64,000 nt of DNA from Octopus vulgaris (taxonomy: Eukaryota). The stretch lies in the NCBI GenBank assembly GCA_951406725.2, contig OX597817.1:175956001-176020000 (forward strand). Reading direction: 5' to 3'. This document shows positions 14,094 through 25,960 of the stretch, piece by piece (position 1 is the first letter of the stretch; each line of letters begins with the position of its first letter). The translations under genes and the position numbers were made by a program. Below the pieces are notes generated by a model. That model worked only from the letters and a program-made list of their open reading frames with translations, was not told the origin of the DNA and made no database searches.

Positions 14094-14805
14094 GACTATT
14101 GTGTTTGTCATCAATACTTATCAATCCATTGCGTGAGTGAAGAAGAGCATGTCGATCAAAACGTGCTTACTACATAGGGAAACTGTTCGATTGATGTCGA
14201 ATGTAGATGTTGTCTTACAGCAAGCCGACAAATGAACTTTATACATCTGAACTGTATAGATACAAAGTTAAAACTTGTGATTTGTATCGCACAACACCCA
14301 GTCTTTCTTGAATGTCGCGCAGAGCACATTCGCTATAGCAACTTCCTTCTCAAACGAAGTACGTGAGTTTCGAAGAAAATTTGGAACATGCTAACCAATC
14401 CTAGTCTTCAAGTCAGCAACTTACCATCTTAATAAAAGAAATTAAACAATTGGGAATGTAGTCATATATAAAAATGTTATCCTAGATAACAAAATGACCA
14501 GATGGAAACGGCTGAGAAGTCTTTGATCATCGTAGATACGCTCGATCCGAGTAAGACCTTGGGCTAAACGATGACATGTCTATTCAGATTAATTATTCCA
14601 GTGTAGTAATTCTAAGAATACAGAAATACAGCAATATGTAAGATGAATATACAAATAGCCTTTTTTCCCCCACTGAATTATAAGTATGACAATCTCTTCT
14701 GTAGATCTATAGAAACCTAAGAATGTCAATATATACTTATACATATGCGCGTGTCTGAATGTGTGCGTGAGTGTGTGTGAGTGTATGTGCATGTATATGT
14801 GTGTA

Positions 14806-14852
<47 letters not shown>

Positions 14853-14931
14853 TCACACATATATATATATGTACATACATACATATATATGTGTATATAT
14901 ATATGTATGCACGTATATAGGATGTATACAC

Positions 14932-14981
<50 letters not shown>

Positions 14982-15081
14982 TAGCATTAATAATGAGAAT
15001 GGAGATTTGCACATCAGTAATTTATTTTACTCGCTCTACTCTTTTGCAGCTATTTACAGCATGACTTACTTTGTGTGCATG

Positions 15082-15136
<55 letters not shown>

Positions 15137-15319
15137 TAAATTAGAGATAAAACCACTTTTAGGTAAATCAAACAGGGAAAAACATAAACCAAAACATAGA
15201 AATAAAATTAATATAATATACAAAATATATAAAATATAAAATTCAAAATTTAAATTATTTAAATTTAAAGTTAAGTTAATAATTTAAAATTATTAATTTA
15301 TATTTATAAATAAATTTAT

Positions 15320-15365
<46 letters not shown>

Positions 15366-15396
15366 AATGGAGTCGAACGAAGATTTTAACAAAATT

Positions 15397-15491
15397 CCTT
15401 TACTCTCGACACATGTTTCGAAGACGGCATACTTTTAATTCCGAAGGAATAAATGGTGCATTATGCCATCTTCTCATCAGGAAAGATAAGG
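15397..15491 (-). ncRNA. type I hammerhead ribozyme in inverted pLTR (intact core)
   Basis: Minus strand: ctttc-CTGATGA-gaagatggcata...tatgccgtcttc-GAAA-catgtg-TC-gagag. Confidence 0.85.
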
Positions 15492-15664
15492 AGCCTCTTT
15501 CAGCCACAAGACGAACAGAATTTTTGATGATTGCCTACATGGTGACCAAAGTGATAATAAGTGTTTTTTAAAATAATCCGTTATAAGCAATGACGTCAAA
15601 AATGGGTAGAAGGAGGAAGTAGTAAAAATAGGTAGGGGACAATATGTATGCCGTATGTACAAAT

Positions 15665-17740
15665 GAAGACGCAACCGTTGAACCCCAGACAACCAAGATT
15701 CATCTTAAAGGACCACAAACAGAACTTTCATACCAACTTTCATACCAGCATTGCGGCTCATATGCCCTTTTAGTTCAGACATCGGTACCCTTAGTAAATA
15801 CATATTAGATAAGTATATACCTATATTAATTAATAAATTAAAACTTAGCTTATGGTCCAACTCTGCTCAAGTCGTAGAGTGATTTACTTCTATTACCGAT
15901 AAGGCCAACACAAAATTTATACAATTCGATATATCTAGTTTCTACCCTTCAATCAACCCTAGTGTACTTAATAAGGCCCTATGGCACGCACACAATAAGG
16001 CAGGCCTCTCAAGGGATGAAATTGATGTGATATTGGCAGCTAGAAAATATTTCATACAGTTCGATAGCAAGTTGTGGGTCCGCAGGGATACCCCCAACGT
16101 GTTTGATGTACTAATGGGAAGTACAGACAGCGCCCAGATAGCCGATTTGGTCGGAATTTATATTCTCTATGAAATGGCCGACCAATTCCCGGACATCTGT
16201 GGGGGTCTTTATCGCGACGATTGTCTGCTTTACCTCCAGAATGCTTCGAACCAAAAAATACAGAAGATTAAGAACAGATTAGTTAGGTTTTTTAGTAGAA
16301 TATGCTTGAGCATAGTTTTTGACGATGAGTTAACTAAAGCCAACTTCTTAGACATTACCCTCAATCTGCAGAATACTCATACTTCCCTTATCATAAACCT
16401 TCTACTAATCTTAAGTATATCAGCATTTTCAGTAATCATGCCAAGCCAATTACCGATAATTTAGTTAAAAACATTTCTCTGAGACTGTCAAAATTATCTG
16501 CTAATGTCGACATCTTTAACCAAAAAGCGGAATTCTATAACGCCGCCTTGTCAAAAGCCGGTTATAAGGAAAAAGTATCATACATCGACCCAGCTCATTC
16601 TAAACCAACACATGCTTCTCAAGATAGGAAAACCACTCGTAATAAAAATAATGATTTCAATTATAATAGTGCCAGCACCCCTGTACATAATGTAAATCCT
16701 TTACGGACTAGGGGAGGTAAGCGCCACCCAACTCCAAATTTCCAACACAGAAATTTTCCCCTTACTGTCACAAATAACACTAAGAACAATTCTAAGTCTA
16801 CAAAAAACTGTATCTGGTTTGTAATATCTTTCGGAAAACAAATCAAATCGAACCTTCCCTTGCAGTTCCGTGAAGCCATTGCTAGGAACTTTCCCAGTAA
16901 TTCTAGATATCATTCTATTATCAATTCACACAAGGTAAGAATAGCATTCTCTAACACTAGGAATCTTTCGCAAATTATTGCTTCCCATAATAACAAGCTG
17001 CTAAACCAAGATTCTTCACCCGGGGGTTCCAACACTAATCTTACTAATTCCAACCCATCATACAATCATAATAATAGAAATAGTATTGATAGTAACAGCA
17101 TTCGTAGCAGCGTTAGTGTTAGCAATGATAATATTAATAAAAGTATTAGTCGGGTTGATAACAACGGTAATGTTGATGGTAACAACAACAACGGTTCTAT
17201 TGTCGGGGATATAACTGGTTGTAGTGCAATTAATAATAATAATAATAATAATAGGAATAGTGTAGTTGTTAACGCTAGTAGTAATAAAAACAACAATCAT
17301 AACAATAATAACTCTGTCTCGATCTCGGGCGAAAACCCTAACAGATTAAAATTTTTGTCTAGTAATTCCAAAATTAAGAATTCCATTTACCAGTGTAGAA
17401 TTTCTTCCGGTACCGATGTCTTCTTCTATATAGGTGCGACAACTTCTCAGTTATCCAAGAGAATTTCCAATCATTATTCGACTTTCCGAGATAAGAAAAA
17501 ACGACATAGTACAGGACTGAGTAAATTAGTTTGGCGTCTTAAAGACAACAATATAACTTTCAAGTTGGATTGGTTTATATTGTCTGTATCCTTTCCTTTT
17601 GATAAGGGCAGAAAATTTTGTAACATTTGTAATTCTGAACTCTTCTATATCCTTTTCGCCAAGGTTCCCCTAGTAAACACACTCATAGAAAAATCGTAGA
17701 AATGTAAGCATTGGCAAAAACACACTTACCACTCATATAA
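15665..17740 (+). pseudogene. PLE ORF (RT-thumb-linker-GIY-YIG), frameshifted
   Basis: Track ORFs 16027-16464 and 16548-17699 plus an upstream disrupted frame. Indels at about 16375-16450 and a stop before KCKH. Confidence 0.85.
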
Positions 17741-18260
17741 ATGATATAGATAACCACTGTAGTTTTAACAATTAGCTTCACGCCCACACCACTGCCATAG
17801 ACAAATTCTTTCCTATGCCTTCGAACTTTCTTTCTGCTCCGTTATATGTTCCATTGGTACTAAATATCTTTGACGTATGTTTATATCTCTATCTCTCTCT
17901 CTCTTTATAACACGCACAATCAAACACAGACACAAATTTTACACCTTACTACTAAGTATATTTGACGTTTGTATCCCTTACACACACAATAACACATACA
18001 CACACACAGACACAAATGCAGTTATATACACACTCATACACATACACAAACACTCGCACTCATTAACACAAGCACACACCCGCACATCCCCGTACATACG
18101 GCAGACATATTGTCCCCTACCTATTTTTACTACTTCCTCCTTCTACCCATTTTTGACGTCATTGCTTATAACGGATTATTTTAAAAAACACTCATTATCA
18201 CTTTGGTCACCATGTAGGCAATCATCAAAAATTCTGTTCGTCTTGTGGCTGAAAGAGGCT

Positions 18261-18355
18261 CCTTATCTTTCCTGATGAAAAGATGGCATAATGCACCATT
18301 TATTCCTTCGGAATTAAAAGTATGCCGTCTACGAAACATGTGTCGAGAGTAAAGG
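18261..18355 (+). ncRNA. type I hammerhead ribozyme in 3' pLTR (stem II closing pair mutated)
   Basis: CTGATGA 18272-18278, GAAA 18333-18336, catgtg-TC with predicted cleavage after 18344. The stem II base is A/C instead of G-C. Confidence 0.8.
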
Positions 18356-18732
18356 AATTTTGTTAAAATCTTCGTTCGACTCCATTCTTTCATTTATTTA
18401 TATAAAAAACACAAATTTCCACACAAGAACCCGGAGTTTCTACTCTTGACAGGTCGCTTCAACCGTGTTTTCTGACGTGAATTTGCTACCCAGGTATCGG
18501 TCAAACGAATTTTCCATGCTAAGATAATTCATTCACCTACTTAAATATATATATATATATATTTATTTTTATTTTTATATTTTATTTACTTATTTATTTA
18601 TTTTTTTATTTATTTATTAAATATATATAACTATCAAAAAGTATTAAAAAGTTTAATATAAGAATGTCAATATATACCTATACATATGCGCGTGTCTGAA
18701 TGTGTGTCTGAGTGTGTGTGAGTGTATGTGCA

Positions 18733-18763
<31 letters not shown>

Positions 18764-19148
18764 ATGCATATATATATATATACACACTCACATATATATA
18801 TTAATACTTTTTAATACTTTTTGATAGTTATATATATTTAATAAATAAATAAATAAATAAAAATAATAATAAATAAAAAAATAAAAATATATATATATAT
18901 ATAAATTTATAAATATAAATTAATAATTTTAAATTTTTAACTTTAAATTTAAATAATTTAAATTTTGAATTTTATATTTTATATATTTTGTATATTTTAT
19001 TAATTAATTTTAATTCTATGTTTTGGTTTATGTTTTTCACTGTTTGATTTGCCTAATAGTGGTTTTATCTCTAATTAATTTATATTTATACTGTAAAATT
19101 AGATTTAATCCTAAATCTAATTTTTCCCTGTAAGCTTGGATTTACTCC

Positions 19149-19190
<42 letters not shown>

Positions 19191-19191
<1 letters not shown>

Positions 19192-20542
19192 GGGGGTTGG
19201 ACAAAATGATGGAAGCATCTAGCATCGTAGCATCATAATTTTGAAATATCTATAAAACCGTCAAAAGCTTGTTTTTTTTGCATTTTTTAATTTATTATTA
19301 GTGTTTCTTATTATATTTTGCTAAAATTGCTGTTCCTTTTCACATATCATCAGAAAAAGGTAATTAAAATTCCTTAAAATGACAGATCTGTCGAACTTTG
19401 AAAGAAGTCAAATTGTTGGTGCTCGTATGGCAGGCACTAGCGTAACGAAAACAACCGAAATACTTGGTCTATCAAGAAGTACTGCCTAGAAAGTAATGAC
19501 AGCCTTTGAGAAAGAGGTAAAAACCTCCTCGTCGAAACAAAACTCCGAAAGAAAACCAAAACTTTCAGATAGGGACCGTTGGACTCATACTTGAATTGTT
19601 AGAAAGGATCACAAAATACAGCTCCCAAAATTACTGCAGAGCTTAATGAACACCCCGAGAACCCAGTTTCCATAAAAACTGTTTGCACAAAACCAGATTT
19701 CACGGTAGGGCTGCAATCAGAAAACCACTACTTTCAAAAACAAACGTTGTAAAACGTCTAGATTGGAGTAAAAACCTACAGAATTAGTCCCTAGAGCAGT
19801 GGAAAAATGTTATTTTCTCGGACGAGTCATCCTTTACCTTATTTCTGACCACCAGCCGAGTATACGTGTGGAGACAGCCAAAAGAAACATTTGACCCAAA
19901 CTATTAATTCTGCCATGTAGGGAAACCATTGGGTCGGCAAATTTCCAAGACATACACCCGCCCCAGCACCAGATCATCACAGATCCTCCGCCATGTTTAA
20001 CAGTTGGACCAACTGTTAAACATGGCGGAGGATCTGTGATGATCTGGTGCTGGGGCGGGTGTATGTCTTGGAAATTTGCCGACCTAATGGTTTCCTTACA
20101 TGGCAGAATTAATAGTCAAGACTATTTAAGCATTTTATCTGATCAAATTCATCCTATGGTTGCGGAAACGTAATATTTCAGTATGATAATGCACCAATTC
20201 ACATAGCTAGAGTTGTTACTGAATGGCACAAGGAACATTCTAGTGAAGTTGAACATCTTATCTGGCCACCACAGCCCCCAGATCTCAGTATTATTGAACA
20301 TTTATGGGGCATTTTAGAAAAACAAATAAGGTGTCGATATCCTCCACCATCATCACTACAAGAGCTGGAAACTGTTTTAGCTGAAGAATGGACAAATATT
20401 CCTTTGGAAAGAATTCAAATTTTGTACGAGGCCATACCTCGTAGAATTCAAGTTGTAATTACTGGCAAAGGCGGTCCTACCCCATATTAAAATAAATTCG
20501 TTTGAAATTTTAAGGTGTTTCTATTATTTTGTTCAACCCCTG
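19191..20542 (+). mobile_element. Tc1-family DNA transposon, decayed transposase
   Basis: TIRs cgggggttggacaaaatgatggaagcatct / aggtgtttctattattttgttcaacccctg. MTDLSNFERSQIVGARMAG from 19380, FSDES, DNAPIH, WPPQPPDLSIIEHLW, GGPTPY*. Confidence 0.9.
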
Positions 20543-21229
20543 AATATATAATGAATAGATCTATATGTACAGGTTCAATAAAAAGAGTAATCTATCTAAC
20601 AAGAGTAAATATTGTTTTTAATGACCACCTCACATATATGGCCCACTCTACTAAAAGTTTCACGCACATGGAACCCACGTACGTTCATTCAGGCGGTAGC
20701 TATACCATCGGACTTAAATACTGGACCGAATTTAAAAACGAGACGAAAAAAATCAAGATTAGGCGGATTATGTGGAAAATACCGTTAGGCTGGCTATACA
20801 GAATGTAAACCTCGATAATGCGACGATCGAATGATGTGAAATCGGATGGAAAAGCTTTTGGATGAAGAAAATTTATAAGAAATGTAAGGAATGATAGAGC
20901 AGTTTTTAAAATGGGTGTATGTACAAAATAATATACAAATCGTATTATATAAGAATATGTTTTTTTTTAAAAGGTGGCATATGCAAATATAATCTACAAA
21001 TACTATAAATATAAAGGAAATGTAAATAAAGAGAGAATATGAAAAATATATATATATAATATAATAATATTAAAACATATATCGAAATATTATAAAATGT
21101 AATAACAAATAATAAAAATATGAATACGAGTTGATATGCTAGCATGAATATATATATATATATAGCCGCTAAGCTGCACAAGGTAAATCAATTGGTAACC
21201 AGGTTATCAAGCACGGGTGGCATCTACCA

Positions 21230-22255
21230 GTTTTTTTAAAGAAATTTTTGTATATGTTTGCAAGTACTAAAAATCTCGGATCATGAATTCAAGATCGAGT
21301 TTGGGAACTTGGATCTAAATAGGATATGCGCCCTTCTGCCAAACAGAGCCTGCATTTATTAGAACCTTTTTTGTATGGTGTAAATTTTTCTATAATTTTC
21401 CATTTAATTGTATATGGTATATTCTTTCGTTTCAGTTCCCACATATAGCTGGACAATTTCGTGATATTGCTATTCTCGCCTTAACGGAAAGTTGATAAGT
21501 GGTTTGTATAACGTTTATATCTTATTGGCTATGTTATTGTTGTTATGGTTTGCAATCACATCAGCCCCGCATATAACTGATTCTGTCTTACATTGTTTAT
21601 CAAGCGGGAAAAACTCTGGTTCTCGACAGTTGCAGCCAGTTTCCCTTTCCTGACGCTGGCTTTTCATATTAGGACAGCAACTATATAAAAGCTTCACTAA
21701 ATTCCTATTGAACAATTTTCTGAATTTATGGTCATTCGTGAAGTGCTTCTCCGTAGGCGCAAGGGATTTCTTGCCAATATTTGTTTTAACATTGAGGGCA
21801 AAAAGAGGGGCAAACCAAATAATCTTTCTAGACATATTCCTATGCTTTGTTTTATCACTGTTGATGCTTTGATTATCATTATTAGGGGGTTTGTAAACTA
21901 ATTTTTCCCTAAATCCGGTGTTAGCCAAAGCTTTATTGTAATATAGTGCGGCCTTATCAAGAATTTCCTCAGAGGACGAGAGAGATGACACTCTTTTGCT
22001 AATATTCTCTATTAAGTTTCTAAAACGCCCGGTGGGTGGTACGACTGCTTATGTATGTATGTAAGTTTTTCACTTACTTTGTGAAACGGCTTGTAAGAAG
22101 AAGTTAGGTTGAATGGCACATCTAAATAATCTACTACAGTAATTTTTAGTCCCAAATAACTAAAAGTAGAAATTAACTGCTTTCTGAATTTATCTAATGC
22201 TCGACCGCGAAACACGTGGGAGACAATCAAACTGTCATCCCGGTATAGTCCCACA
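21230..22255 (-). pseudogene. Penelope-like element fragment (RT C-terminus, CxC linker, GIY-YIG)
   Basis: GLYRDDSL, YKPFHK, HPP, IIWF, YSCCPNM, GCNCR, CRLCLAE. Confidence 0.8.
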
Positions 22256-22289
22256 TCTATATGTATGAATGCATAGATATATATGTAAG

Positions 22290-22320
<31 letters not shown>

Positions 22321-22547
22321 GCGCGTGTGTGTGCGTACGTGTGTGTGTATGTGTGTGTGTTTCATTCAATGGTATTTTCTTAAGATGAACATGATGTTCA
22401 TACACCCACCGACTACAAAAGATCCCCAACATACACACTAATGCACATACACATATACCTTTATGTGTGTGTGTACACGAGCGCACACACTCAAACACAT
22501 ACTGAGTACACAAAACACTTATCTGTGTGTATATATCTATCCATTCA

Positions 22548-22579
<32 letters not shown>

Positions 22580-22622
22580 AATAAATAAATCGAGTTAAAC
22601 GCAGGTGTTATTCAAATTCTTT

Positions 22623-22706
22623 TGCTTCTGACCCATGTTTCGAAGATAACACTGGTATTATTTCAAAGAAATAAAACAATGTAATCTTCTCTTCAGGGAA
22701 ATGAAG
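22623..22706 (-). ncRNA. hammerhead ribozyme motif in a solo pLTR fragment
   Basis: Minus strand: CTGAAGA-gaagattacattg...cagtgttatcttc-GAAA-catggg-TC. Stems I and III are imperfect. Confidence 0.65.
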
Positions 22707-22944
22707 AAATGAAACTCGTCAATAAGACATTTTAACAAGGAGTTACACTTTTTTTTTACTTGTGTGATTTTTGTTACCCTGGTAACTATTTGTCTGTTTT
22801 TCCGTGTTAATTGTTAACAAGGGAAAAATACACACATCTATTTATATATACATAATACATACATACTACATGCATGCATATATTCACACTTATAATTAGG
22901 ATAAATTTAAAGTGTGAAATATTTGTAAATGTATAAAAATGCAT

Positions 22945-23555
22945 TTATGTCATTATTCTGTTAATTTCAAGATTTCTTACCAATAGAGAAAGAACCGGTT
23001 TCTAAGCTAGCTAGATCCAAGACCTCTTCTTTGGAATTTCATCATCAACAACAGAGTATTTTTGTATGAATGTATTTTTGTATGTATGTTTTATGTATGT
23101 ATTCTCATGCATAGAGTTGCATATCTAGACATGCTCATATATATTTAAATGATAAACTTCTGGAAAGTTTTACAGATTTTTACACTTCCAGTGATGAATT
23201 GGATCTGTAGTCCTTGAATGTATGTATGTACATACATATGCATGTACATATGTATGTATATATGTATGTATGTCTGTCTGTATGTATGTATGTATGTATG
23301 TATGTATGTATGTATGTATGTATATGTGCAGATCTGTATATTTTGTTTTATGTATGTATTCTCATGCATATAGTTGCATGTCTAGACATGCTCATATATA
23401 TTTAAATGATAAACTTCTGGAAAGTTTTACAGATTTTTACAGTCCCAGTGATGGACTAGATTTGTAGTCTTCGAATTAGCTTTCTCCTCGCTGATTTTGA
23501 GAAGCCTAATTTCTCGAGATTGGTATTTAGGCAGTTTGTTACATATCCCACGGCC
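22945..23555 (-). mobile_element. 3' end of an RLE-type LINE, partly tandem-duplicated
   Basis: IIGAVGYVTNCL...GTVKICKTFQKFII*. About 23090-23215 duplicates about 23350-23470. The same 3' UTR recurs at about 47020-47140. Confidence 0.6.
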
Positions 23556-23756
23556 CCAATAATCTAATATTTTCCTATCCTTCCTTAATACCAGGTCCCA
23601 TATACTACTCATATCTACACTCAGTCTGCAGTTGTGCAGCACATATACTAGGACACAACAACCTCCTAAGCAGACCGAGTGCAGATGTGAGTAGCATATG
23701 GGTACTGGTATTGAGGAAGGACAGGAAAATATTAGATTTATAAGCCCTAAAATTCG

Positions 23757-23920
23757 GGCATATGGCGTAGTGGTTAAGAGCGTGGGATACAAACCCCAAG
23801 ATTCCGAGTTCGATTCCATGCATTGACGTTAATAATAATAACATCTAAAAAACCCAGGTTCGAAATTTCCCCAAGACACCCAATGCAAGCTGGCGGGTAT
23901 ATGAGCCGAAACGTTATCTT
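23757..23920 (+). mobile_element. tRNA-like head followed by a decayed hammerhead-like segment
   Basis: A box tggcgtagtgg, B box gttcgattcc. Downstream gct-ggcgggtatatg-agc-cGAAAcgtt with a corrupted upstream core. Confidence 0.4.
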
Positions 23921-23924
23921 ATTT

Positions 23925-24225
23925 ATCTTCGGGCTTATCCTTCCGATGGATTTCATTATAGAGTGTCCTAGCTACAACGTCATGTCTCATTGGCAGATAA
24001 TACCATGATGACATTTTCGGACAATGACTTATGATGTGGGTGTTATCTTCAATGTGGACACCATAAAATCTGCATCTGTTGTCACACTTTATAAAAAACA
24101 ACAGCCTTACCTCGTAAGATGGTGCAAGGGAAGAAAGGTGGGAAAAATAGTAGAGATGACAAGCATCGACGATGCATCGGACAAGAATGGCAGATGTTGT
24201 GAGCTTCGAAAATAACAAATAGCAA
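23925..24225 (-). pseudogene. RLE LINE fragment (CCHC knuckle and RHD)
   Basis: CRFYGVHIEDNTHIISHCPKM...MRHDVVAR. Confidence 0.7.
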
Positions 24226-24269
24226 GCAATCAAGACAAAAAAAAAAGAAAGCTTTTAGGAAGAGCATCA

Positions 24270-24650
24270 AATTAAAGCTCCTGAAGACACTAGTGTAGTC
24301 TGTTTTACTGTATGGATGTGAGAACTGAATTCTAAAGGCGAATAAGAGCCAAACTCAAGGCATTTGAAGCAACATGATACCGAAGTGTACTGCGGATCAA
24401 CTGGACTTACCATCGAAGAAATGAGGAAACAAAGAGAGGATTATTGGTAACGGTCAGGAAGAGTTGGTTGTAGTAGTTTGTACACGTTACCAGGAGAAAC
24501 CAGTACCTCAGCACTCACACCCTAGAGAGAAGAATCAATAGGAAACGAGGGAAAAGGAGACCGAAAAGACACTGGCTGGACGAGACCAAAGAATGGACCG
24601 GAAGACTTCTGGCTGAATGCGCAACTATAACTAGAGCCAGGAATAAATCC
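24270..24650 (+). pseudogene. RTE-clade LINE C-terminal fragment
   Basis: SVLLYGCE, FE..YR.VLRINW, RGKGRPKRHWLD-like motifs across frames. Confidence 0.65.
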
Positions 24651-25448
24651 AGTTGGTCAATTCTAGATGTTTATTTATTTTTTTTTACAGAGCATTGCCA
24701 CCAGATACTATCCGACTTTTGGAAAGATTATAGATAGCTCGTTTCGTTTTTTCCACATTCTTGTAAAAACCCATTTTTCATTACCTGCGATCGTTCTTTT
24801 GAAAAATGTGATGTTTTTGTAACGTTTGAGCAGAGAATAAAAGATGGAAACGTGGTCCATTAATATTTTTCTGTTAAATTATGAGGTAATCAAACAAAAT
24901 AGCGATACGCGTATCTAAGTGTTTTTAAATGCCTCATAACATTCATATGAAATATATGAAGAATCTCTGCGATGCCTTGTATCATGTGACCAAGATTAGT
25001 CTTGATTAGTGTTTCGATTTAGTCATTAACAACTTTACTCATCATCAACAACTATAGGCATGCCAGAACGTCCAGTCTTCCACATAAACAATTTCATTCC
25101 TAAAGCTAGTGAACCACTTACGAACAGTCGTCTCAGCTATAGCATCATCCCCATAAACTACACAGAATTTCTTTGCTGTTTGCAGCGTTTTTTTTCCCAT
25201 TTCGAAAATATTTCATTTTTCTCCCTTTCAACTTTTAACGTAACAGCAATAGACATAAATTATCCACACAGTAATCGTATAAAGACGTGTTCAAATGTCA
25301 CCTTTCAGTAAAATATATATGCCTTTGTCACATGAGAAACGGAATCATGTTTTTAAAGGCCAACAATTGAAAAATGGTACGAACTTTTCTGCAAACCCAA
25401 ATCATATATATATGCATGCATGCATTTAGATATAGTTATGTACAAAAG

Positions 25449-25531
<83 letters not shown>

Positions 25532-25627
25532 ATGTGTGTGTCTGTGTGTGTGTATGTGTGTGTGTGTGTATGTGTGTGTGTGTGTGTGAAGGTGAGTGCC
25601 AAAATAGAGAAAGTGTGTTTGTGTGAT

Positions 25628-25942
25628 GACGCATGGCTCAGTGATTAGAGGTTGTGAGTTCGATTCATGGACCGGGCTGCGTGTTGTGTTCTTGAGCAAG
25701 ACACTTTATTTCAAGTTGCTTCAGTTAACTCAGCTGTGGAAATGAGTTGCGACATCACTGGTGCCAAGCTGAATTGACCTTTGCGTTTCCCTTGGATAAC
25801 ACCGGTCACGTGGAGAGGGGAGGGTGGTATGCATGGGCAACTGTTGGCCTTCTATAAACAAGCTTGCCCGGACTTGTGCCTGGGAGGGTAACTTTCTAGG
25901 TGCAATCCCATGGTCAGTCATGATCGAAGGGGGGGGTCTCCT
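25628..25942 (+). mobile_element. SINE family C copy
   Basis: Homologous to 4838-5160. Confidence 0.75.
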
Positions 25943-25960
25943 CACAAATATATATATATA

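Larger units (their letters stand above)
15362..18545 (+). mobile_element. Penelope-like element (RT and C-terminal GIY-YIG), 5'-truncated, with inverted 5' pseudo-LTR
   Basis: LKDHK, RLICP, QFDISSFYPSI, MGS, GGLYRDD, FLDITLNL, then SIYQC..YIG..R..H, CNIC.SE, LVN. 15362-15660 is the reverse complement of 18092-18390. Flanked by (TA)n. Confidence 0.92.
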
